The notes beneath the pieces were generated by a model. It was not told the origin of the DNA and did no database searches. It saw only the letters and a program-made list of their open reading frames with translations. Both the position numbers and the translations under genes were made by a program. A stretch of 59,811 bases of DNA, the filler included. It is 4 parts of 4 records of this genome, joined end to end, with 100 filler letters (N's around TTAATTAATTAA, not from the genome) between each part and the next. Parts side by side here need not be neighbours in the genome. Positions count along the whole stretch, not along the records: positions 1 to 13,346 come from SRR20825006_3003; positions 13,447 to 32,420 come from SRR20825006_3004; 2 more parts are not named here. One strand, written 5' to 3'. Position 1 is the first letter of the stretch. The number at the start of each line of letters is the position of its first letter. Shown here piece by piece: positions 10,366 to 18,719 of the stretch.

Positions 10366-10490
10366 CCCCCACCCTTCACATGCAGGTGTGGCCCTTCAGG
10401 CTCCGGACAGGTGAGGCCGGAGCAATCTCGCGCGCCGAGAGTGGGTGTGGAGACGCGCGAAAACAAGGAAACATGTAAAGGGTAGGGGCC
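10364..10490 (-). ncRNA. Candidate structured RNA element (19-bp closing stem plus two internal hairpins)
   Basis: 10472-10490 pairs with 10364-10382 over 19 bp, with all four non-Watson-Crick positions being G-U on the minus strand; internal stems 10426-10434/10454-10462 and 10400-10406/10417-10423. Confidence 0.55.
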
Positions 10491-10499
10491 GCTGCGTGA

Positions 10500-10829
10500 C
10501 TAGGCCGCGACAGCGTAACCGGGATGGATCCGGGCAGGCATCTGCGCTTCGGGGCGATAGCGACGGTGCACGATCGGCGGCGCGCTGATCTCGCCAAGCG
10601 GGTTGGCCGCGTAGGCCGTCGGCTCGGTTCTCAGGATCAGTTCGCCATATTCATTCTTGGCGACAGAGACGGGCGCGGCAGAGCCGTCGCGCTCTGCGGC
10701 CCAGAATTCAACGCCTGTCGAGGCCAGCGCAATCGCCTGTTCCAGCTCCATGCGGAAGCCGTCGCCATAGACGACATCCTTGGACTCAATTGGATCGTAC
10801 TCACATCCCTTGATCACCAAACCCGACAT
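10500..10829 (-). CDS. Small hypothetical protein, DUF3892-like, probably SOS-regulated
   Basis: 109-aa ORF, RBS GAGGGG; pattern AI..A..G..FW....V.V......LRT......N.L recalls DUF3892 (from memory, unverified). Confidence 0.7.
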   Translation of the reverse strand: MSGLVIKGCEYDPIESKDVVYGDGFRMELEQAIALASTGVEFWAAERDGSAAPVSVAKNEYGELILRTEPTAYAANPLGEISAPPIVHRRYRPEAQMPARIHPGYAVAA

Positions 10830-10863
10830 GCTGAAACCCCTCGTGAAACTGTGTGCTGAACCT

Positions 10864-10941
10864 GTTCTTCGCTTGATCTGCGATAAGAGAACATAACCAG
10901 AATATTCACCTTTTGGAAAGGAAAAAGTTCTGACTTTGTTC
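10864..10941 (-). promoter_or_regulatory. Three alphaproteobacterial LexA (SOS) boxes around a sigma-70-like promoter
   Basis: GTTC-N7-GTTC at 10927-10941; GAAC-N7-GAAT at 10889-10903; GTTC-N7-GATC at 10864-10878; minus-strand TTCCAA(10918-10913)-N17-TATGTT(10895-10890). Confidence 0.75.
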
Positions 10942-10988
10942 CAAAAAGTTTGAAATCCGAAAAGATTCAGGAGTCTACGAGGAGGGTG

Positions 10989-12329
10989 CTAGCCCTGCAG
11001 CCGCCTGAGCGCTCGGTCCCGCCCGATCAGGGGCAGCAGTGCGCCCATGTCGGGGCCGTGTTCTTGTCCGGTCAGCGCCTTGCGGAGCGTCATGAACAGG
11101 CCGCGGCCTTTGCGGCCGGTTTCGGCCTTCACGGCATTCGCCCACTGACTCCAGCTCTCGCCCGTCAGGTCGCCCTCGGGCAGCAGGGTTGCGGCGGTCG
11201 CCACGAAGTCCTTGTCTTCAGCATCCACCAGAGGCGTGATCTCGCCAAACACGGTCTCGACCCATGCGGCCACGTCCGGCAACAGCGAGCAATTCTCGCG
11301 CACAACAGTCCAGAACGCCTCGTCGGCGGCGCGGGGGTCCACATCGGCGAGCCGGTCCTTCACCGCCTCAAAGGGCAGGCCGTGCAGGATGGCCGCGTTC
11401 AGCGACAAGAGTTCGGCCTCGTCGAAGCGCGCCGGGGCGCGGCCGATCTTGCCGAAATCGAATTCCGCGACCAGCTGGTCCAGCGTCTCGCGCGCCTCGA
11501 CATTATCCGACGTACCGATCTTGGCGAGCAGGCTGGAGACGGCCATCGGCTCATAGCCCTGCGCGCGCAATTCGCCCATCGACAGCGAGCCGAGGCGTTT
11601 CGACAGGCCCTGACCGTCCGCGCCGATCAGCAGCGGCGTGTGCGCCATGTCCGGCGCCGTGCCGCCCAGCGCCTTGAAGATCTCGATCTGCGCGCCGGAA
11701 TTGGTGACATGGTCTTCCCCGCGCACGACATGGGTGATCTTCGCCTCGATATCATCGACGACCGAGGGGAGGGTGTAGAGATAGGAGCCGTCCTCGCGGA
11801 TCAGGATCGGGTCGGACAGGCTGGACGTGTCGATGCTCTGGTCTCCGCGCACAAGGTCGGTCCACTCGACGCGCCCGCCGGAGAGTTTGAAGCGCCAGTG
11901 AGGCGTGCGGCCTTCGGCTTCGAGTTTTGCCTTGTCTTCATCGCTCAGCTCCAGCGCCGCGCGGTCATAGACGGGCGGGCGGCCGCGCGACAGCGCGATC
12001 TTGCGCTTGCGGTCGAGTTCGTCGGCTGTCTCGTAGCAGGGATAGAGCAGGCCCATTTCGCGCAGCTTGTCGGCCGCCGCGTCATATTCGGCAAAGCGCT
12101 TGGACTGGCTGAAACTGTTGTCCCAGACGAGGCCGAGCCAGGTCAGGTCGGTGCGGATTCCGTCTTCATATTCCTGTGTCGAGCGCTCGGTATCGGTGTC
12201 ATCGATGCGCAGGATGAACTTGCCCTGCTGGCCCTTGGCGAACAGCCAGTTGATCAGCGCCGTGCGCACGTTACCTACGTGCAGGCGGCCGGTTGGCGAG
12301 GGAGCGAAGCGAACAATCGGTGCAGTCAT
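10989..12329 (-). CDS. gltX: Glutamate-tRNA ligase
   Basis: RFAPSPTGRLHVGN (HIGH), LRIDDTD, RGEDHVTN, GLSKR (KMSKS-type). Confidence 0.95.
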   Translation of the reverse strand: MTAPIVRFAPSPTGRLHVGNVRTALINWLFAKGQQGKFILRIDDTDTERSTQEYEDGIRTDLTWLGLVWDNSFSQSKRFAEYDAAADKLREMGLLYPCYETADELDRKRKIALSRGRPPVYDRAALELSDEDKAKLEAEGRTPHWRFKLSGGRVEWTDLVRGDQSIDTSSLSDPILIREDGSYLYTLPSVVDDIEAKITHVVRGEDHVTNSGAQIEIFKALGGTAPDMAHTPLLIGADGQGLSKRLGSLSMGELRAQGYEPMAVSSLLAKIGTSDNVEARETLDQLVAEFDFGKIGRAPARFDEAELLSLNAAILHGLPFEAVKDRLADVDPRAADEAFWTVVRENCSLLPDVAAWVETVFGEITPLVDAEDKDFVATAATLLPEGDLTGESWSQWANAVKAETGRKGRGLFMTLRKALTGQEHGPDMGALLPLIGRDRALRRLQG

Positions 12330-12458
12330 GGAAAAAACCTGTTTTGAAGCGTGCTTTCGACATCAAATCACGCAAAAAGCCAAGGGCCGATGCCATATTC
12401 TTGCTATTGTTCGTGCTAATGTGCGACGGGCATGTGAGTCGCCGTCGAGGAGAGGTAG

Positions 12459-13283
12459 ATGAGACTGGGCTGTATTCTGATCGCCGCGGGCCTGTTGGCG
12501 GCCTGCGGGCAGGAGCGTGCGGAGGCTCCGGCAGAGACGCCGGCGCCCGCAACGACCGAGGTGACCTCAGACCTCGACAGCGCGCTGGAGGCAGAGCCTG
12601 CCGCGCCGCCCGTCGATGATATCAATTATCAGGCCCTGTCGGGATATGATGAGAGCTGGTATGTCAGCGCGGGCTGGCCCGGCGAATATCCGGCCGGTTT
12701 TGCGGTGCTGGATGCTGGTACGACCGTTCCTGCCTGGACGGTGCCGAATGGCGCCAATGAAGCCGACACAAGCTGCGCTCTGCCGCAATACGCCAATTAC
12801 CAGCTCTGGAATTATGACCGCGCCGACGCCGATGACCTGCGCTTCTTCGTGGCGACCAAGACGTTCCCGGTCACGCTCAACCAGGATGCCAGCATCGAAT
12901 ACATTTCCGATGGCGGCATCCACACGCTCGACCTGAAGGCTGGCGACCAGCTGACATACCTCCGCTATCTGGGGGAGGGGTTCACCGTCGTGTCTTATGA
13001 CGGCGCCGAATATGACATCAACGAGGCCGAGCTGCGCGATATCAGCGATATCGGCTCCATGCCGACGGTTGAGGACCAGTGGGTGCGCGTAACCTGCGCG
13101 GACGGCACGCAGCCCTGGCTGCTCTATGCATCCGTCATCGACCATCCCGGCATCGTGCCATCGCCCATGCTGGCCTATGGCGAAGCGAGCGATATTGCCC
13201 CGGAAGATGCCGAGCAGATCCGCATGGATGCCGAGGCCAACCGCCTCGCCTATGAAGGGGTTGAGCCCGGCTCGCTCGAATAG
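12459..13283 (+). CDS. Acidic lipoprotein, unknown function
   Basis: Lipobox LLAAC, Ala/Pro/Glu-rich linker, RBS GGAGAGG. Confidence 0.8.
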   Translation: MRLGCILIAAGLLAACGQERAEAPAETPAPATTEVTSDLDSALEAEPAAPPVDDINYQALSGYDESWYVSAGWPGEYPAGFAVLDAGTTVPAWTVPNGANEADTSCALPQYANYQLWNYDRADADDLRFFVATKTFPVTLNQDASIEYISDGGIHTLDLKAGDQLTYLRYLGEGFTVVSYDGAEYDINEAELRDISDIGSMPTVEDQWVRVTCADGTQPWLLYASVIDHPGIVPSPMLAYGEASDIAPEDAEQIRMDAEANRLAYEGVEPGSLE

Positions 13284-13298
13284 GGGCCAAACGCCCGA

Positions 13299-13346
13299 TC
13301 AATCGTCCCGGAAGCGGTTGGTGATCGGATAGCGCCGGTCGCGGCC
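13299..13346 (-). CDS. nadE: NAD+ synthase, C-terminal 15 residues (truncated by contig end)
   Basis: Minus strand reads GRDRRYPITNRFRDD*, the typical C-terminus of glutamine-dependent NadE. Confidence 0.75.
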   Translation of the reverse strand, partial: GRDRRYPITNRFRDD

Positions 13347-13446
13347 NNNNNNNNNNNNNNNNNNNNNNNNNNNNNNNNNNNNNNNNNNNNTTAATTAATT
13401 AANNNNNNNNNNNNNNNNNNNNNNNNNNNNNNNNNNNNNNNNNNNN
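13347..13446. other. Artificial contig spacer
   Basis: N44-TTAATTAATTAA-N44 (stops in all six frames); genes truncated on both sides. Confidence 0.98.
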
Positions 13447-13689
13447 GATCTTGCTGGTGCCGCCGCCCATCAGCACGATCGGCCGGTGACCGGCCCGCTG
13501 CAGGTGACGGAGCATCATGATCTGGATAAGGCTGCCGACATGCAGGCTGTCGGCCGTGCAGTCAAAGCCGATATAGGCGGTCACGACCTTGTTGTTCAGC
13601 ATCTCGTCGAGTGCGTCATTATCGGTGCATTGATGGACGAACCCGCGCTCGCTCATGGTCTGCATGAAGCCCGATTTGAACTGGCTCAT
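13447..13689 (-). CDS. tyrS: Tyrosine-tRNA ligase, 5' part
   Basis: [22 protein letters not shown]; divergent from anmK. Confidence 0.95.
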
Positions 13690-13823
13690 GGTCGTGTTCC
13701 CGGTGCAAATGTGTCAGAATCCAAGGCGCGAGCACTTAGCACATGGGCACCTCCGTCTCAACCGGAACCGCCCGGCCATGGGGCTTTGCGCATAATGAGA
13801 TGGGTTTTTGCGGAGATGCCGGG

Positions 13824-14927
13824 GTGAGCGGGCAGAAGACATACCGGGCAATCGGCCTGATGAGCGGGACCTCGATGGACGGGGTCGACGCGGCCCTGAT
13901 CGAGAGCGATGGCGAGGGTGAAGTGCGCCGGTGCGGCTTTATCAGCATGCCATACTCCGACGATTTCCGGGGCCGTTTGCAATCCGTCATGGGCAATGTC
14001 GGCGATGTTGCGGAGGTCGCATCGGAATTGACTGAACAGCATGCGGAGGCGGTTTCCGCTCTGCTCGCGGCTGAAGGTGTGGCGCGTGCAGAAATAGATG
14101 TGATCGGCTTTCATGGGCAGACAGTTCTGCATGAACCGGAACAACGCCGGACAGTCCAGATCGGGGCGCCGGATGTGCTGGCGCGCATGACGAACCGCCC
14201 CGTTGTCTTCGGCCTGCGTCTTGCCGATGTCGCTGCCGGCGGAGAAGGTGCGCCGCTCGTGCCGGTCTATCACCGGGCGTTGACCCGGCAGCTCGGCTCC
14301 ACGGTCGCGGTCCTCAATCTTGGCGGGGTCGGGAACGTGACCTGGATCGATGGCGATGAAAGCGCTGGCCCGGAAGCAATGCTGGCGTTCGATACAGGTC
14401 CTGCGAATGCCCTGGTCGACGATTTCGTGCGAGTACGGCGCGGTGAGCGTTTCGATGCCGGTGGCGCGCTGGCGGCAAGGGGTAAGCTCGACCAAGCGCG
14501 CTTGGAGGATCTGCTGTCCGATCCCTATTTCGATCGGCAGCCTCCGAAATCTCTCGATAGAGACCATTTCGCCCGTCGCGCAACGGCGGCTGTTGATGGT
14601 CTGTCGGACGCAGATGGCGCGGCGCTTCTTACGGCCTTTTCGGCGACCTCGGTCGTCCTTGCAAAGCGCTGGTTTCCACACCCGGCCTCACAATGGATCG
14701 CTTGTGGTGGCGGGCGTCACAATGCAACGCTCATGGCCATGCTGGCGGAGCGGATGGGGGCGCCGATTGTCCCGGCGGACGATCTTGGCTGGAACGGCGA
14801 TGCCGTTGAGGCCGAGGCTTTTGCCTATCTGGCAATTCGCAGCCTGCAGGGAAAGCCGCTTACTTTCCCTGGGACGACCCGGGCGCCGGTGCCGCTCTCA
14901 GGCGGCACCTTGCACAAGCCAGGCTAA
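13824..14927 (+). CDS. anmK: Anhydro-N-acetylmuramic acid kinase
   Basis: GLMSGTSMDGVD, GFHGQT, GGEGAPLVP, FDTGPAN, EAEAFAYLA; GTG start with GGAG RBS. Confidence 0.95.
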   Translation: MSGQKTYRAIGLMSGTSMDGVDAALIESDGEGEVRRCGFISMPYSDDFRGRLQSVMGNVGDVAEVASELTEQHAEAVSALLAAEGVARAEIDVIGFHGQTVLHEPEQRRTVQIGAPDVLARMTNRPVVFGLRLADVAAGGEGAPLVPVYHRALTRQLGSTVAVLNLGGVGNVTWIDGDESAGPEAMLAFDTGPANALVDDFVRVRRGERFDAGGALAARGKLDQARLEDLLSDPYFDRQPPKSLDRDHFARRATAAVDGLSDADGAALLTAFSATSVVLAKRWFPHPASQWIACGGGRHNATLMAMLAERMGAPIVPADDLGWNGDAVEAEAFAYLAIRSLQGKPLTFPGTTRAPVPLSGGTLHKPG

Positions 14928-14936
14928 AGCGAGGTT

Positions 14937-15605
14937 CTATTTAGAGGATTCGGGGAGCTGCTCGCTCTCCGGCAGGGATTTGTTCAGGTAGCCGGTGACC
15001 GCCTTGTTCACATCTTCCAGATGCTTGGTGAAGTAATGATTGGCGTTCTTCACCACGACATGGTCGATGACGATGCCTTTCTGGGCCGACAGCTTGTCCA
15101 CCAGCTTTTTCACGGAGTCCGGCGGTACGACATCATCTGAATCGCCATGCACCATGATGCCCGAGGCCGGGCAGGGGGCGAGGAAGGTGAAGTCGAACAT
15201 GTTGGCCGGCGGGGCAATGGAGATGAAGCCGGTGATCTCCGGGCGGCGCATCAGAAGCTGCATGCCGATCCAGGCGCCGAAGGAAAAGCCGCCGACCCAG
15301 CAATAGGGGGCGTTCGGATTGTAGGTCTGCAGCCAGTCCAGTGCGGAGGCGGCATCGCTGAGCTCACCCTCGCCCCGGTCGAACACGCCCTGGCTCCGGC
15401 CGACTCCGCGGAAATTGAAACGCAAAGTCGAGAATCCGCGGTTCACGAAGTTCTGGAACATCGAGTAGACGACTTTGTTATTCATGGTCCCGCCATGCTG
15501 CGGATGCGGATGCAACAGCAGGGCGATGGGAGCATTTTCTTTCTTGCTGTGGACGTAACGTCCCTCAAGGCGCCCCTCGGGACCATTCATAATGACTTCA
15601 GGCAT
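14937..15605 (-). CDS. Alpha/beta hydrolase commonly found beside Fe-S genes
   Basis: HPHPQHGGTMNN, GFSFG nucleophile elbow, NHYF. Confidence 0.9.
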   Translation of the reverse strand: MPEVIMNGPEGRLEGRYVHSKKENAPIALLLHPHPQHGGTMNNKVVYSMFQNFVNRGFSTLRFNFRGVGRSQGVFDRGEGELSDAASALDWLQTYNPNAPYCWVGGFSFGAWIGMQLLMRRPEITGFISIAPPANMFDFTFLAPCPASGIMVHGDSDDVVPPDSVKKLVDKLSAQKGIVIDHVVVKNANHYFTKHLEDVNKAVTGYLNKSLPESEQLPESSK

Positions 15606-15963
15606 ACGATCCGTTCCTCAACCGCCGGTATTCCGGCTCACCCGATCCGGTCGGGCGGATAACTGCTGACTGCACATCACGAGCATATCAGGGTCATCCG
15701 TCTCTATCCCGGTTTACATTTATTGCGTATTCGCTGTAATCTCAATCTAACAGCAAGAGTCTGGCTTTAGCTTACTCAGGCTGTAAAATACAAGTGTAGC
15801 ATTGCTGCCCGGTAACGGAAGCATAGGTCGATGCGCATTGTGGCCATAGAAAATTGGCCGCTATTTCGTAACTGAACGGACGGGACCTCCGTTCTGCTGC
15901 AATGTTCACCGTTTGTTGGGGCCTCGGTGAGCAGTGACCATATCGGCACGGGGGTCGAATAAA

Positions 15964-16377
15964 GTGAAGTTCAGTACTAAAGGGCGCTATGCAGTTATGG
16001 CTGTCTGCGACCTGGCCCGACATGATGATGGTCGGCCAGTCTCTCTCGCAGAGATAGCCTCAAGGCAAAAAATCTCGGTTTCATACCTTGAGCAAATGTT
16101 CGCTCAGCTCCGAAAGGCGCGCTTCGTGAAGAGTGTCCGGGGACCTGGCGGTGGTTATCTTCTTGCGATCGAACCGTCGCAAATCAAAATTTCCGATGTC
16201 ATGACGGCGATTGAACACCCGGTGCGGGGCAATCAGGATGACGATGGCATGTTCGCAGCCAGGGGATGTTCGGATGATCCGACGAAACCTCTCTGGGAAG
16301 AAGTCGGACGTCAGGTTCTTGGTTATCTGGACAAGGTAACAGTCGAGGATTTGATGAGCGGGCGCGTGCCGAACTGA
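15964..16377 (+). CDS. iscR: Rrf2-family regulator, IscR-like
   Basis: STKGRYAV, SYLEQMF, SVRGPGGGY; upstream of a cysteine desulfurase; Cys ligand set reduced. Confidence 0.8.
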   Translation: MKFSTKGRYAVMAVCDLARHDDGRPVSLAEIASRQKISVSYLEQMFAQLRKARFVKSVRGPGGGYLLAIEPSQIKISDVMTAIEHPVRGNQDDDGMFAARGCSDDPTKPLWEEVGRQVLGYLDKVTVEDLMSGRVPN

Positions 16378-16389
16378 CGCGCTCCTTCC

Positions 16390-16418
16390 TTGACGGTCTT
16401 GTCCCGCCTGCTTATCTC
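16390..16418 (+). promoter_or_regulatory. Putative internal sigma-70 promoter for the desulfurase
   Basis: TTGACG-N17-TATCTC. Confidence 0.45.
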
Positions 16419-16450
16419 GGCTGAGCGATTGGCCGGGATTTGGGGCAACA

Positions 16451-17563
16451 ATGCCAAACAGAGTCTATGCGGATTATAACGCGACAGCGCCGCTAAGGGG
16501 TGAATCCCGTGCCGCGATGGCCGATGCGATGGACGTCGTGGGAAACCCGTCTTCCGTGCATGGCCCCGGCCGGGCCGCCCGCGCTCTGGTGGAAAAGGCC
16601 CGCCGTCAGGTGGCGGCCTTGGTCGGTGCAGCCCCTCAATCGGTGGTGTTCACCAGCGGCGGCACCGAAGCCTCGGCATTGGCGCTGAAGGGCTGCGGGC
16701 GTTCCCGTATCATCACAAGTGCTATCGAGCATGACGCGGTTCTTGCGGCCATGCCGGATGCTGTCCGGTTACCGGTGGATGGCGATGGTGTGCTGGACCT
16801 TGCGGAGCTGAAATCCGCTCTGGCGCAGGGCGGAGAGGCGTCTCTTGTCGCCGTGCAATGGGCGAATAACGAGACAGGCGTGGTGCAGCCAATCGACCGG
16901 ATTGTCGACATCGCGCATGAGCACGGAGCTCTCGTCTACAGCGACGCGGTGCAGGCTGCGGGCAAACTCTCCATCGACATGAAGGAAGCAGGCGTCGATC
17001 TGCTGTCGCTTTCGGCCCATAAAATCGGTGGGCCGTCGGGTGTTGGCGCGCTTGTCGTGCGTGAAGGGCTGGATTTGAAGGCTGTTCAGTCCGGCGGCGG
17101 GCAGGAGAAGGGGCGGCGCTCCGGGACGGAGAACAAGATCGGCATTGCCGGTTTTGGTGCCGCGGCGGAGGCTTCATTGGCTGCGCTTGACGACTGGCAA
17201 AGGGTCTCGGCGCTGCGTGACCGGTTCGAGACGGCAGTTGTGGCGGCGGGGAATGGCGCACGAATATTCTCCTCGGGAGTGGCGCGCCTGCCAAATACCA
17301 GCTGTGTGTCTATCCGAGGGGCCAGGGGGGAGACCCAGGTGATCGCGATGGATCTTGCCGGGATCGCCATTAGTTCGGGCTCCGCCTGCTCGTCCGGAAA
17401 AGTCCGGCGCAGCCATGTGCTGGATGCGATGGACCCGGACTCACCGGATGCGGAAACCGCGATCCGTGTATCAATCGGGTGGGAAACGACGGACGAGGAT
17501 ATCGACAGGCTTGTCGCGGCCTGGTGCGATTTGTACAAACGCTCGTCAGCCGACCAACAATAA
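16451..17563 (+). CDS. Cysteine desulfurase (NifS/IscS family)
   Basis: DYNATAP, GNPSSVH, SAHKIGGP (PLP Lys), SSGSACSS (catalytic Cys). Confidence 0.93.
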   Translation: MPNRVYADYNATAPLRGESRAAMADAMDVVGNPSSVHGPGRAARALVEKARRQVAALVGAAPQSVVFTSGGTEASALALKGCGRSRIITSAIEHDAVLAAMPDAVRLPVDGDGVLDLAELKSALAQGGEASLVAVQWANNETGVVQPIDRIVDIAHEHGALVYSDAVQAAGKLSIDMKEAGVDLLSLSAHKIGGPSGVGALVVREGLDLKAVQSGGGQEKGRRSGTENKIGIAGFGAAAEASLAALDDWQRVSALRDRFETAVVAAGNGARIFSSGVARLPNTSCVSIRGARGETQVIAMDLAGIAISSGSACSSGKVRRSHVLDAMDPDSPDAETAIRVSIGWETTDEDIDRLVAAWCDLYKRSSADQQ

Positions 17564-17598
17564 TCCGCCTTTCGAGCGGATATCGAACGGAGAGTGAT

Positions 17599-17919
17599 TT
17601 GCCCCGCATGACATTCATCGGCCGTGACGGTACCCGTCAGGAAGTCGATGCCCCGCTCGGATACACGCTGCTGCAGATTGCGCGCGAAAACGATGTCGAT
17701 ATCGAAGGCGCCTGTGAGGGGTGCCTCGCCTGCGCGACCTGTCATGTCCACGTCGCTCCGGAATGGTACGAGACGGTTCCGGCGCCGAGCGACGACGAGG
17801 AAGACATGCTCGATCTCGCCTTCAACATTGTCGACACGTCCCGCCTCGGCTGCCAGATCCGCATTACCGAGGAACTCGACGGTCTGGTCGTGACCCTGCC
17901 GCCGGACGGCACGGCGTGA
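17599..17919 (+). CDS. fdx: [2Fe-2S] ferredoxin (adrenodoxin type)
   Basis: GACEGCLACATCHV...SRLGCQI; TTG start with GGAGAG RBS. Confidence 0.92.
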   Translation: MPRMTFIGRDGTRQEVDAPLGYTLLQIARENDVDIEGACEGCLACATCHVHVAPEWYETVPAPSDDEEDMLDLAFNIVDTSRLGCQIRITEELDGLVVTLPPDGTA

Positions 17920-18605
17920 GCGGTCTCGTCCCTGAAGATGGTTTCCTCGGCCGGCTGATCGCCGCTGCACCGGATGCGTGGCAGGCTTATACCGCACATC
18001 CTTTCGTGGCTGGCATGGCGGACGGAAGCTTGCAGGAAGCGGCGTTCAAACATTATCTCGGCCAGGATTACCTGTTTCTGATCCATTTCGCCCGGGCCTA
18101 CGGCCTCGCGGTCTACAAGGCGGACAGGCTTGAGGATATGCGCGCGGCCTCCGCCGTCATCTCCGGCATTCTCGACATCGAGATGGATCTGCATGTCAAA
18201 TATTGCGCCGGCTGGGGGCTGAGCGAGGCAGAGATGGCCGCGCTGCCGGAAGACCCGGCCTGTATGGCCTATACGCGCTATGTGCTGGAGCGCGGCATGG
18301 CAGGAGACATGCTGGACTTGCATGTGGCGCTGGCACCCTGCGTGGTCGGTTATGGCGTGATCGGTGCCCGGCTCGCGGCGGATCCGGCAACGAAGCGGGA
18401 CGGCAATCCCTACCTCGCCTGGATTGAGATGTATGCGGGTGAGGACTATCAGGAGGTCGCACGCGGTGCGGCCGTCCATCTCGATGCTCTCGCGGCCCGG
18501 CGCGGCGGGGAAGACCGGTTTGCCGATCTGGCCAAAACCTTCGAGGCGGCAACCGTGCTGGAGCGGGATTTCTGGCAGATGGGGCTGCGTGCCGCCAATG
18601 CGTGA
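17916..18605 (+). CDS. tenA: Thiaminase II / aminopyrimidine aminohydrolase
   Basis: HPFV, YLGQDYLFLIHFARA, LAPCVVGY, ERDFWQMG; GTGA overlap with the fdx stop. Confidence 0.9.
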   Translation: MSGLVPEDGFLGRLIAAAPDAWQAYTAHPFVAGMADGSLQEAAFKHYLGQDYLFLIHFARAYGLAVYKADRLEDMRAASAVISGILDIEMDLHVKYCAGWGLSEAEMAALPEDPACMAYTRYVLERGMAGDMLDLHVALAPCVVGYGVIGARLAADPATKRDGNPYLAWIEMYAGEDYQEVARGAAVHLDALAARRGGEDRFADLAKTFEAATVLERDFWQMGLRAANA

Positions 18606-18719
18606 GGTGATGCCGCCTCACACGATTTAGGATTTCACTGTTTTTACCGGGGCTGACGCGGTACACTGTGTTTGTGAATTTTCTGATTTAGATCAACCTC
18701 ATAGCTGGCGAGACGTACA

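Noticed and set aside
10364-10490. Retron msr-msd interpretation of the closed inverted-repeat structure
   Set aside because: No reverse transcriptase gene anywhere on this contig
10950-12347. Long antisense ORFs (465 aa here; also 19385-20908, 32604-34013, 52039-52980)
   Set aside because: Shadows of well-conserved genes on the opposite strand, as expected in high-GC DNA; no motifs
13391-13402. TTAATTAATTAA repeated three times in the window, as a biological repeat or CtrA site
   Set aside because: Always centred in N runs; it is an artificial six-frame-stop linker
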